Shown here piece after piece: positions 19,956 through 29,356 of a stretch of 64,000 nt of DNA. A model generated the notes under the pieces. The model had not been told where the DNA came from and ran no database searches. It worked only from the letters and a program-made list of their open reading frames with translations. Made by a program: the position numbers and the translations under genes. Where the stretch lies: NCBI GenBank assembly GCA_039194325.1, contig JBCCWC010000009.1:32001-96000 (forward strand). Direction: 5' to 3'. Within the stretch, counting starts at the first letter, position 1. Each line of letters begins with the position of its first letter. The DNA comes from Myxococcota bacterium. Lineage in GTDB: Bacteria; Myxococcota_A; Polyangia; Nannocystales; Nannocystaceae.

Positions 19956-21092
19956 TTAGCCGTCCTGGCCCAGCGGCACGTCGGCCGCCGAGTAGAGATC
20001 GTACTCGAGCAGCTCCCACACCACCAACCGAGCGCGGGAGAGATCGGCGTGCCGCTGGATCCGCTCGACGAGCGTCTTGGCCCGCGTGAGCGAATTGCCG
20101 TCGCGGATCGCCTTGGCCACCGGGCACCCCAACGCATTGGCCAGCCACTCGGGCGCCCCCCACTTGCCGTAGCTGGTGGTCACGACCACAATAGGCGCCT
20201 GCCGAGGCTCCCACGCCCCCCGCCGGGTCAGCCGAGCCCGCGGGTAGGTCCGGGTCCAGCGACCCTCCAACGTTCCGGCGGCAGGCAGCCCCAGCTTGCG
20301 GACCAGCGACGTGGCCTCCGCTTGTTCGGCCCATGCGACCTCGAAGGGCTCGAAATCCGGCTTGGCCCCCGGCTCGAATCCCGGCTCGGCACAGGCGGCC
20401 GGCACGTGACCGCCGGTCCGCAGCGCCCGGGCCAGCGCCATCGCCCCGGCCTGGGCCCCGTGGGAGGTCCAGTGATGGTCGGCGCGGTAGAACGGATCGA
20501 TCCCGTCTCGACGCAGCTCGGTGAGCGCGGGCTCCAGCTCGATCACCGTCAGCCCCTCCGCCCGCATCGCGGCAGCCAGGCGCGGCAGGTAGGCACGCTT
20601 GGGCTGCGGGAGCACTCCCCCCCGATAGGCGTGCTCGGGGTGGAGCCGCGCCCGGTCGGGCACCAGGGCGATCACCACCCGCGGACCGTGGGCCTCGACC
20701 TCGTCGACCGCCGCCCGGACCATGGCGGGCACCATGCCGACCAGCGCGTCGTAGCGACGGGGCGACAGCGGGGCCGTTCGGCTGGTCGCGAAGATCCAGC
20801 CCTCGTCGTCGACCCGGGCCGCGGGCGGGGTGCGCCCCAGGGCCCGGTACCACGCCGCGTTGTAGTGCGGCGCGACCCAGCGCGACAATAGCGAGCCACC
20901 CACGAGGGTCTGCTCGATCTTCTGCGCCGCGGCACCGTCGAGCCACTCGCGAGGCTCGATCCGCGCCACCTCGGTCGCCCGACGCATACCCGGCAGCACC
21001 ACGCCGGTGTCCCACGCCAGCACGTCGAGCACCAGCGGGGTGGCGAGCATGGCGAAAAAGCCCGCCGCGATCGCAGAGTCGAAACGGCTCAC
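19956..21092 (-). CDS. AlgJ/AlgX-like SGNH periplasmic O-acyltransferase component
   Basis: N-terminal TM, LVPDRARLHPEH, FYRADHHWT (DxH), TSY; adjacent to the MBOAT gene. Confidence 0.8.
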   Translation of the reverse strand: MSRFDSAIAAGFFAMLATPLVLDVLAWDTGVVLPGMRRATEVARIEPREWLDGAAAQKIEQTLVGGSLLSRWVAPHYNAAWYRALGRTPPAARVDDEGWIFATSRTAPLSPRRYDALVGMVPAMVRAAVDEVEAHGPRVVIALVPDRARLHPEHAYRGGVLPQPKRAYLPRLAAAMRAEGLTVIELEPALTELRRDGIDPFYRADHHWTSHGAQAGAMALARALRTGGHVPAACAEPGFEPGAKPDFEPFEVAWAEQAEATSLVRKLGLPAAGTLEGRWTRTYPRARLTRRGAWEPRQAPIVVVTTSYGKWGAPEWLANALGCPVAKAIRDGNSLTRAKTLVERIQRHADLSRARLVVWELLEYDLYSAADVPLGQDG

Positions 21093-21157
21093 GGCAACCG
21101 GGCCCTCGACCGATCGTACGGATGCAGCGCCGAGCGCATCAGAACCGTCATTCGAAT

Positions 21158-21243
21158 CGCCATCAGAAACGCCATCAGAAACGCCATCAGAAACGCCATC
21201 AGAAACGCCATCAGAAACGCCATCAGAAACGCCATCAGAAACG
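21158..21243. repeat. 7 x 12-bp perfect tandem repeat (CGCCATCAGAAA) covering the MBOAT stop codon
   Basis: Units start at 21158, 21170, ... 21230. Confidence 0.95.
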
Positions 21244-22629
21244 AAAGTAGAGGAAGGGATTGTACTCCTGACTCATCAACTCCACCGTCGACCACGCAAA
21301 GAGCGCAAACGCCCAGGCGTAGGTCCGCGGCCGCGCCCCGGCGACCAGAGCGCTCGACTCCGTGCCCCCGTAGGTCACCAGCACGCATGCCCCGAGCACC
21401 CCGTAGGTCACCGGCTGGACAAGGGGGTAGGCCCAGGTGCTCGGATCGAGGGTTCGCGGATCGAGCAGCACGCCGAGGTAGAGTCCCACGTCACCCAGGG
21501 TTTCGCAGCGAAACAGCAACCACCCGATCATCACCAGGATCATCGTGCAGCCCACGCGCACCGGCGCGGGCCAGCGGGCGTAGAGCGGCTGCCGCCCCCG
21601 CACGCGCTCGACGATGAGCAGCGCGCCGTGATAGGCCCCCCACGCCACAAAGGTCCAGCTCGCCCCGTGCCAAAGACCGCACAGCACCATGGCCAGCGCC
21701 AGGTTGCGGTAGGTCTTGGCCCGACCGCCGCGGTTGCCCCCCAGCGGGATGTACAGATAGTCGCGGATCCAGGTGGTCAGCGTGATGTGCCAGCGTCGCC
21801 AGAAGGTGGTGATGCTCTGGGCCCGATAGGGCGCGTCGAAGTTGCGCGGAAAGTGAAACCCGAACATGTTGCCCAGGCCGATCGCCATGTCGGAGTACCC
21901 GGAGAAATCGAAGTAGATCTGGAAGGTGTAGGCGAGCAGGCCGATCCAGGCCGCCCCGAAGTCGGCCGGCCCGGGGTCGAAGACCGCGTCGGCCGTAAGG
22001 CCGCAGTTGTTGGCCAGCAAGACCTTCTTGGACAGGCCGATCATGAACAGCAGCGCCCCGCGGGCAAAGAGCGCCGAATCACGGGAGCGCTCGGCCAGCT
22101 GCGCAGCCACGGTGCGATAGCGGACGATCGGCCCCGCCACCAGCTGGGGAAACATGGCCACGTAGGTGGAGAAGGTCAGCAGGCGCCGGGCCGGCTCGAC
22201 CTCTCCTCGATACACGTCGATCGAGTACGACATGGTCTGGAAGGTGAAGAACGAGATCCCCACCGGCAGCACCACCTCGGCCCACGGGATCGCCGAGCCC
22301 CCCAGCCCCACCATGATCGCGTTGAGGTTGTCGATCCCCCAGTTGGCATACTTGAAGTAGGCCAACAGCGAGAGGTTGACCGTGATCGACACGGCCAGCA
22401 GGCCCCGCCGCACCCGAGGACGCCGGGAGGCATGGATCCCGCGCCCACAGCCGTAGTCGACCAACGACGACAGCACCAGCAGCAGCACGAAATCGGCGCG
22501 CCACCACGCGTAGAACACATAGCTGGCCAGCAGCAGGACGGGGTTGCGCAGCGATCGGGGCGCCAGGTGGTGAGCCAGCAGCACCACCGGCAGGAACAGG
22601 AATAGGAAGGTGTAGGAGGTGAACAGCAT
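21235..22629 (-). CDS. MBOAT family O-acyltransferase (AlgI/DltB-like)
   Basis: LPVGISFFTFQ, FPQLVAGPI, DFSGYSDMAIG, FWRRWHITL, GLWHGA, NPFLYFRF. Confidence 0.95.
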   Translation of the reverse strand: MLFTSYTFLFLFLPVVLLAHHLAPRSLRNPVLLLASYVFYAWWRADFVLLLVLSSLVDYGCGRGIHASRRPRVRRGLLAVSITVNLSLLAYFKYANWGIDNLNAIMVGLGGSAIPWAEVVLPVGISFFTFQTMSYSIDVYRGEVEPARRLLTFSTYVAMFPQLVAGPIVRYRTVAAQLAERSRDSALFARGALLFMIGLSKKVLLANNCGLTADAVFDPGPADFGAAWIGLLAYTFQIYFDFSGYSDMAIGLGNMFGFHFPRNFDAPYRAQSITTFWRRWHITLTTWIRDYLYIPLGGNRGGRAKTYRNLALAMVLCGLWHGASWTFVAWGAYHGALLIVERVRGRQPLYARWPAPVRVGCTMILVMIGWLLFRCETLGDVGLYLGVLLDPRTLDPSTWAYPLVQPVTYGVLGACVLVTYGGTESSALVAGARPRTYAWAFALFAWSTVELMSQEYNPFLYFRF

Positions 22630-22651
22630 CCCCGGGTCGCGCCCGCGGGGC

Positions 22652-24313
22652 TCAGCCGTCCGCCTCGAATTCCACCCGTGCCTCGTCGTCCCGGGCGATG
22701 AGCGCCTGGTACTTGGCCTCCACCAGGTGGCGCTTGATCTTGAGGGTCGGCGTCAGCAGGCCGTTGCCTGGGGTCCACGGCTGGTCGATCACGATGATCC
22801 GATCGAGGCGCTCGTGCGACTCGAGCCCTTCGTTGACCTGCATCATCAGCGCGGCCAGGGCCTGCCCCACGGCGGCCTGGTCGAGCCCGTGCCCCTCGAC
22901 CACCTGCACCAGCGCGACCGGCTGCTTGCGTCCTATACCCACCACGCACACCTGCTCGACCAGCCCCCCTTGCGCAAGCTGGCTCTCGATCGGCACGGGG
23001 GCCACGTACTTGCCCTTGGCCGTCTTGAAGATCTCTTTGACCCGGCCGGTGATCTTGATGTAGCCGTCGGCGTCGATCTCGGCCCGGTCGCCGGTACGGA
23101 AGAAGCCGTCCTCGGTGAACGACGCGGCCGTCTTCTCGGGTTCTTTGTAGTATTCGCGCATCATGGTCGGCGACTTGATGAGCAGCTCGCCCTCGTCGCT
23201 GGTCACGAGCTCGGTGTCTGGGTAAGCCTTGCCGATCGTGCCGATCCGGATCTCCTGGCCGGGGAGGGTCTGGCTGCCGAACGCGAAGGTCTCGGTCATT
23301 CCCCACCCCTCGCAGATCGGCAGCCCCACCGATTGCCACCACTCGAGCAAGGCCGGGGCCATCGGCGCGGCGCCGCTGCCGTTCCACGTGGAGGCGTCCA
23401 GGCCCAGCCCCTGGGCTATCTTGTGGCGCACCGCCTCGGCCATCTGCGGGTTCGCGAGCGCCTGGTCCAGCTGAGCCTGCGGCATCATCTGCAGCACGCC
23501 CAGCTGAAACCGCTTCCATAGCCGCGGCACCGAGCCGAACAGCGTGGGGCGGACGCTCTTGAGATCGTCGAAGAACGTGGCCAGCGACTCGGAGAACGAG
23601 ACCTGTAGGGCGTGGTAGAGGCTGGGCGCCTCCACGTAGGCCCGCTCGGTGCAGTGGGCCAGCGGCAGGTACGACAAGATCCGGGTCTGCTCGTCGCAGC
23701 CCAGCAGCGGGGCCAGGTGCGTGCCGGCGTAGGCAAAGGAGCGGTAGGTATGCACGGCGCCCTTGGGGTTGCCGGTGCTGCCCGACGTGTAGAGGATCGT
23801 CATCACGTCGTCGAGCGAAGGATCCGCCGGGTCGCCCGTCGGCGCGTGGGCGCCGAGCAGCTCCGCCCATGCGTGCTCGGTGGGCGCGGTGGGGTACGGA
23901 AAGCCGATGCTCACGCACCCCGAGGGGATCGCGGGCCCGAGGTCTTCGGTCTGGTCGAGCTTGCCGACGAACAGGGCCCGGGCCTCCGAGTGCTCCAGCA
24001 CATAACGAAGCGTCTGCGCGTTGGCGGTGCTGTAGATCGGCACGCTGACGAACCCGCCGAGCATCACCGCGAGATCGGCGATGATCCACTCCGCACAATT
24101 CTTCGAGAAGATCCCAACGCGATCGCCCGGCCGAAGCCCAAACCCGCGCAGGGCCGCGGTCAGGCGGCGGGCCTGCTCGCCGACCTCCCGCCACGAAAAC
24201 TCCCGCCACTGCCGATCCACCGGCTGGCGCAGGTAGATCCGCTCGGGCGCGTGCTGCTCCCAGTGCCGGAGCTTCTGTAGCGGGGTCTGCAGGCTCGATT
24301 CACTCACGGGCAT
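22652..24313 (-). CDS. AMP-binding long-chain acyl-CoA synthetase
   Basis: YTSGSTGNPKG, YLPLAH, GWGMTE, FRTGD, GRVKEIFKTAKGKYVAP; start at ATG 24313 or GTG 24307. Confidence 0.93.
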   Translation of the reverse strand: MPVSESSLQTPLQKLRHWEQHAPERIYLRQPVDRQWREFSWREVGEQARRLTAALRGFGLRPGDRVGIFSKNCAEWIIADLAVMLGGFVSVPIYSTANAQTLRYVLEHSEARALFVGKLDQTEDLGPAIPSGCVSIGFPYPTAPTEHAWAELLGAHAPTGDPADPSLDDVMTILYTSGSTGNPKGAVHTYRSFAYAGTHLAPLLGCDEQTRILSYLPLAHCTERAYVEAPSLYHALQVSFSESLATFFDDLKSVRPTLFGSVPRLWKRFQLGVLQMMPQAQLDQALANPQMAEAVRHKIAQGLGLDASTWNGSGAAPMAPALLEWWQSVGLPICEGWGMTETFAFGSQTLPGQEIRIGTIGKAYPDTELVTSDEGELLIKSPTMMREYYKEPEKTAASFTEDGFFRTGDRAEIDADGYIKITGRVKEIFKTAKGKYVAPVPIESQLAQGGLVEQVCVVGIGRKQPVALVQVVEGHGLDQAAVGQALAALMMQVNEGLESHERLDRIIVIDQPWTPGNGLLTPTLKIKRHLVEAKYQALIARDDEARVEFEADG

Positions 24314-24600
24314 CCTCCGGTTCGGGGCCCAAAGAGTATCCCCCCTCGGGCACGGGCGGTACCAAAAGGCTGGGCCGAGCCGGGCCGGGCCGAGCGAGCG
24401 CGCGTGGCCGAAGACCATGTCGGCCACAAGGCTGCAATTGCTGACCAACAAGCCCTTCTTGGACCGATCGGTCGTAATGTTCGGCGCGTTCAGCCCTCGT
24501 CTGCCAGCAAACCGTAGCTCCACGCGCTGCGTCCCGAGCCATCCAAGACGCATAGAGCGAGCGCCGACAGCCCCTTGGGTCGCGGAGGGAAGACGGCGTC

Positions 24601-26604
24601 CTACGGAGTGCGGGTGTTCGTAACGCGATGCTCGCGAACGAGGGATTCGAGGAGTTCGCGGGCGCGGCCGGTGCTCGGAACACGGGTCCAACCACAGCGC
24701 TCGTCCTTGGGGTACTGGTCCCAGTAGGCACGGAGGACTGCGGGGGCGGTGGCGAGGGAAGCGAGGGTCGCCGGGAGGTCATCGGTCTCGACGGTGGTAG
24801 AGGTGTGCTCGTCGTCCCATGATTCGTCGGTATCGGCGTAGCAAGTCTCGAACGTAAGCTGTAGTCGAAGGCGAAGCTTGAACGAGTCATCGTAATAGGG
24901 CGTACAGATGGTGATCGTTGGGCTCTCGTCTTCGATATCCGCGGCGAGCTCCCGATCTTGGAGTTGCCGCTTCGCGAGATCACCGTGGACTACGAGATAC
25001 TCACGCGCTTCGGATTCGTCGATGATATCGAAAGCCTGCCCACTCTCGAGATCCACCACCATGAAATCGGCGGCATGCCATCCGTGTGCGCCGCCCGAGT
25101 ATCCGCCAGCGTGGGCCCAAGACAGAAACATACTGCTCAATGTGCCGATGGGCTCGACGGCGTGCTCGAGAGAGTCGACCCATTGGTCGGACTGAAAATC
25201 TTCGATCACCCCGAGCGGGAGGGTAGCGCCGTTTTCCAAATTGATGAGCCGCGCACTCTGTACAGGCAATAACTCCACGGTGCTCTCGTCAAATGGCTGA
25301 TCACCCTCGAAACCGAAGTTTACAGCATCACCAAAAGGCACGAGTACCGAGCATGCGTCCCAGCGCCAAAGGTAACGCTCGCTCCCGAGCACCATCCCGG
25401 GGATGTCCGCGACGATGAGGCCCGGTTCCTTGGTCGACAACCAGAGGGTTCGAGCCTTGCCACGGCTGTCCCGGCGCCACAGCAGGACCTCCTCGTCGGG
25501 AGGGCCCGCAGGCACTGGAACCCATGGCGCGGTGCGACGGGCGAAACCGCGGAGCACCTGGTCGTGAAGGACGTCGAAGTGGAGCTGCACACCCGAAGAA
25601 CCCGGGTCGCTGACGAACTCCAGCAGGGCCTCGACGAGCCGCTCAGGCTCCTCGAAGACGTGATGGAGCGCGCGGACCGCTCGCTGACGAACGTCGGGCC
25701 CCTCGTAGAGAACATGGACCTCGAACCGGCCGAGGAGCTGAAACACGTGTTCCAGTTGGGCCGAGCCCGCTGCGTGAGCGATTGGCCAGCTCGGCCCAGC
25801 GCGGTGATACGGGGCCAAGGAAGGGTTGTGGGGATACTGTCGGGCTGCCGCTTCGAGGATGGGTCGCACGCCTCCTGGAAGCAAACCATTGCGAGCCTCG
25901 CGGAAGACCTTACTCCAAAATAGGACCGGTGTCGTAAAGGACGGCAGCCTTGAGCCCGGAAAACCCAAACTCTCCACTAGATGCACGGCAGGATCGTACT
26001 GATTGAAGATCTCGACGATCTCCTCGAGAGCACGCTCTTCCGCCCCCCATTTTGCCGTGCTCGATGCTTTGTCGTCGAGCCTCGATGGCGCATCGGTGGA
26101 CCCATCGAGCTCGGTATTGGTGAGGATCGCGCAGAGCGCAGCAAGGCACTCGTATTCTTTGCGATCGGGAGCGAAGCGCGGGAGCTTGCCCCTGGCGATA
26201 CGAGATGCCTTGGCCAGACCATTGACGAGCATGAGATCCAGATCCGCCGATCGGATCTGGGTGTGGTCGACCGCCAGGATCGCGTGATGGATGTCCGGGC
26301 TGGTATGTAGGCTCTGGAGCAGCGGGGACAGATCTGTGCGAGACAGCGGGGAGTCGATATGGTCGATATGCCACCCGACGAGGCCGCCCTCAGTAGACAC
26401 GACCACATTGCGCCATAGGGGCAGGGAGCGACGCTGATACGCTATCCAGCGAGGTGGAGAGGGCTTGACGATGCGGTCGACAATGAACTCGGCGAGCTGC
26501 CACGTGCGTACGAGATGCTGATAGGCGCTGGGACTCATGAACGGGGCCCGGTAGAGGACCCCGAGAGTATCCCCCGAAAGCCGCGGGCGGTACCGAGGAT
26601 CCAC
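24601..26604 (-). CDS. Multidomain hypothetical protein with central effector-associated domain 1 (EAD1)-like region
   Basis: Segment at about 26040-25810 (LEEIVEIF..AVHLVESLGFPGSRLPSFTTPVLFWSKVFREARNGLLPGGVRPILEAAARQYPHN) matches the EAD1 pattern; visibly lower GC; start uncertain. Confidence 0.6.
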   Translation of the reverse strand: MDPRYRPRLSGDTLGVLYRAPFMSPSAYQHLVRTWQLAEFIVDRIVKPSPPRWIAYQRRSLPLWRNVVVSTEGGLVGWHIDHIDSPLSRTDLSPLLQSLHTSPDIHHAILAVDHTQIRSADLDLMLVNGLAKASRIARGKLPRFAPDRKEYECLAALCAILTNTELDGSTDAPSRLDDKASSTAKWGAEERALEEIVEIFNQYDPAVHLVESLGFPGSRLPSFTTPVLFWSKVFREARNGLLPGGVRPILEAAARQYPHNPSLAPYHRAGPSWPIAHAAGSAQLEHVFQLLGRFEVHVLYEGPDVRQRAVRALHHVFEEPERLVEALLEFVSDPGSSGVQLHFDVLHDQVLRGFARRTAPWVPVPAGPPDEEVLLWRRDSRGKARTLWLSTKEPGLIVADIPGMVLGSERYLWRWDACSVLVPFGDAVNFGFEGDQPFDESTVELLPVQSARLINLENGATLPLGVIEDFQSDQWVDSLEHAVEPIGTLSSMFLSWAHAGGYSGGAHGWHAADFMVVDLESGQAFDIIDESEAREYLVVHGDLAKRQLQDRELAADIEDESPTITICTPYYDDSFKLRLRLQLTFETCYADTDESWDDEHTSTTVETDDLPATLASLATAPAVLRAYWDQYPKDERCGWTRVPSTGRARELLESLVREHRVTNTRTP

Positions 26605-26890
26605 GCCAGGCCGGGCGAGCGCTCGCGGCCCCCCCCAGCTCCGGCCCCTCCGGCCCTCCCAGTCCCGGGTCTCTCGGCCTTCCCGACCCGTTACACCACG
26701 CCGACCAGCCTGCCGCTGCCGTGCTGCGGGTCGCCGAACTGCTCGATATGCAGCCCCATCGCCTGGCCGACCGACCCAGCGTCCCTACACATTCGGCGCA
26801 TGCTCCAGCCTGGAGCACCCCGCCATTTTCGACCGCGTCGCAATCAATGAGCACCACCGACGGACATCTTTGACGAACGAAGAGGTCGAG

Positions 26891-29287
26891 ATGCCCCGAG
26901 TCACTCCATCCCCCACGATACTCCCAACGCTCTTGCTGCTGGCGGTGAGCTGCAGCAATGAAATCGACGCTGAAATCCACGACGACGACCCCTCCGGCTC
27001 CGGTGGGGCCACGAACACCGAAGAGCTCGACAACGCTCACCAAACCGCTCCAGGTCGTGATGGCCAGGGCATCACCGGCGGCCCCGCGCCTGCGTTCGCC
27101 TGTGCGCCGCCCCTGCCACCGAACATCGCGGCGGACTGGGAGGCCCTGACCGCCGGCGTCACCTCGATCGATCTGGGCGGCGGGGCTCCCTCGGCGCTGC
27201 TGGTCCACGGCCCGCAGGCGTTCCGGGTGATCAACGATGCCGACGGCGACGTGGTCGTCGCCGCGGCCCGCCGCGGGCTGGGGCGAGTGGTCGTGTGGGG
27301 CCACGAAAACCAGCTCACTTCCCAGATCGACGCGGCCGATGCCGGAGCGCTCGCGGTCAACGCAGCGCGGTGGGCCGGCGACGACCACTGCCCGGTGGTC
27401 GGCGTCGCCCCCCAGCTCGCTGCGCTCGCCGACTTCCTGACCGCCCAGGGGTTCACCGTGATCACCACCGGTCCCGAGGAGCTCGACCAGGTCGACGTGT
27501 TCGCCGCCTATATGTCCTTCGACTACGACCAAGAGCAGCGCGCCGCGATCACGGCGTTCGTCGACGCTGGCGGCGGCCTGCTGCTGGGCGGCCAGGCGTG
27601 GTGGTGGGGCACCAGCCACCCCGACGTGCTGACCGACTACCCCGGTAACCGGTTGCTGGAGGGCACCGGAATCACGGTGACCGAGGACCCCTGGGCCATC
27701 GATGGCCCGGTCGTCTCGACCCCGGCGGACGCGCCCACGCTCGTCCCCAACGCGACCCATGGGCTCGATGCCCTGCGCCGCCACTGGCTCGGCGAGATCA
27801 CGGCGAGCCCCGCACAGCTCGACCTCGCGTTTGCGATGAACCAGGCCACTGCGCAGCTACTCCCGGTGCCGGCTTTCGGCGCGTACTACTGTCAGGCGGG
27901 TCTGTACACCGACGCGTTGGGAGCCAGCGTGGTACCCACCGAGGCCAACCCGATCGCCCCGGACCAGCAGCCCTTCGAGGCCCTGGCCCTGACGATCGAC
28001 ATCAAGCGAAGCGCCGAAGGCGAGCCGGCGCAGGTCACCGCTCACCCCGCGGCCAGCGACTTCCCCGGCGACGTGGGTGCGAGCTCGCAGGCGATCAGCC
28101 GAGTCCTGACCATCGATGGCGATCACGCCGGCCGTGACCCCCGGTACACCTACGCGGCGCCCCAGCGAGCGGCCTGGCGGAGCACCGGCCTCTACGCCCC
28201 TGCGGGGGCCCCCATCGAGGTGACCGTCCCCTCCGCGCTGGTCGACGCGGGGCTGGTCGTGCAGATCGGCAGCCACACCGACACGCTGTGGCACCGCGAC
28301 CAGTGGGAACGAGTCCCCGCGATCGTGCGGCGCGATCCGATCGTCACCGAGGTCACCACCAGCGCCAGCGCCTTTGGAGGTCTGGTGTACGTGCTCGTGC
28401 CCGTCGGCGCCACGCTGGGCGCAATCGAGATCGAGGTCAGCGGCGCCCACCTAGCGCCGCACTACGTGCACGGCCAGACGACGTCGGCGCAGTGGGTGGA
28501 CGAGCTACGAGATCTACCCGCCCCCTGGGCCGAGCTCGAATCCGACGCATTCGTGATCACCGTGCCCGCCGCGGCGATCCGAGATCTCGACGACCCCGTG
28601 CAGCTGATGGACCTGTGGGGCGAGATCCTGGATGCTCAGGCCACGCTCGCCGCGATCCCCCACGATCGCCCCCGGGCCGAGCGCTTCGTGCTCGACCGGC
28701 AGATCAGCAACGGGTGGATGCACGCCGGCTACCCGATGATGGGGCACATCGCGTCGACCCCCGGCCTCATCGACCGCGCACACATCGAGACCCACGGCTC
28801 GTGGGGACCGTTCCACGAGCTGGGCCACGGCCACCAGTGGCGCGAGCTGGGGCTGCCCGGCGTCGTCGAAGCGACCGTCAACCTGTGGTCGGTCCATACC
28901 TCGGAGACGGTGCTGGGCCTCGGTCGCGCCCAGGCCCACCCCGCGCTGACCCCCGCCGCCCGAGCGCAGCGGATCGCGGACTACCTCGCCGGCGGCGCCG
29001 ACTTCTGGAACGACTGGAGCGTCTGGACCGCGCTCGAGACCTACCTACAGCTCCAGGAGGCCTTCGGCTGGCAGCCCTTCATCGATCTGCACGCCGACTA
29101 CCTCGCCATACCGCTGGGACCTCAGTGGTCCGATCAGCAGAAGATCGACGAGTTCGCGCTGACCTTCGGGGCGCAGGTCGACCGGGACCTGGGGCCTTTC
29201 TTGTTGGCATGGGGGCTGCCGCTGTCGCCAACGGTGGTCGACCAACTCGCGCAGCGGCCGGCGTGGGCCGAAAATCCGATGCAGTAG
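26891..29287 (+). CDS. M60-like (TCAF/FAM115-like) zinc metallopeptidase lipoprotein
   Basis: Lipobox AVSC; GGGLLLGGQAWWW, WRSTGLYAP, PWAELE, MHAGYP, HELGH plus EATVNL. Confidence 0.9.
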   Translation: MPRVTPSPTILPTLLLLAVSCSNEIDAEIHDDDPSGSGGATNTEELDNAHQTAPGRDGQGITGGPAPAFACAPPLPPNIAADWEALTAGVTSIDLGGGAPSALLVHGPQAFRVINDADGDVVVAAARRGLGRVVVWGHENQLTSQIDAADAGALAVNAARWAGDDHCPVVGVAPQLAALADFLTAQGFTVITTGPEELDQVDVFAAYMSFDYDQEQRAAITAFVDAGGGLLLGGQAWWWGTSHPDVLTDYPGNRLLEGTGITVTEDPWAIDGPVVSTPADAPTLVPNATHGLDALRRHWLGEITASPAQLDLAFAMNQATAQLLPVPAFGAYYCQAGLYTDALGASVVPTEANPIAPDQQPFEALALTIDIKRSAEGEPAQVTAHPAASDFPGDVGASSQAISRVLTIDGDHAGRDPRYTYAAPQRAAWRSTGLYAPAGAPIEVTVPSALVDAGLVVQIGSHTDTLWHRDQWERVPAIVRRDPIVTEVTTSASAFGGLVYVLVPVGATLGAIEIEVSGAHLAPHYVHGQTTSAQWVDELRDLPAPWAELESDAFVITVPAAAIRDLDDPVQLMDLWGEILDAQATLAAIPHDRPRAERFVLDRQISNGWMHAGYPMMGHIASTPGLIDRAHIETHGSWGPFHELGHGHQWRELGLPGVVEATVNLWSVHTSETVLGLGRAQAHPALTPAARAQRIADYLAGGADFWNDWSVWTALETYLQLQEAFGWQPFIDLHADYLAIPLGPQWSDQQKIDEFALTFGAQVDRDLGPFLLAWGLPLSPTVVDQLAQRPAWAENPMQ

Positions 29288-29327
29288 AGCATCCGATGCA
29301 GTAGAGCATCCGATGCAGTAGAGCATC
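29274..29327. repeat. 3 x 17-bp tandem repeat (ATCCGATGCAGTAGAGC) covering the peptidase stop codon
   Basis: Units at 29274, 29291 and 29308. Confidence 0.95.
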
Positions 29328-29356
29328 GTCGGCCGTATTGCCCTCCCCCCGGCCAT

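Noticed and set aside
21007..22605. (SETP)n repeat protein on the plus strand
   Set aside because: It is only a translation of the 12-bp VNTR in an antisense frame of the MBOAT gene
24601..26604. Mobile element or prophage explaining the lower-GC genes (also 16211-18400 and 52571-54387)
   Set aside because: No integrase, transposase, terminal inverted repeats or target-site duplications seen
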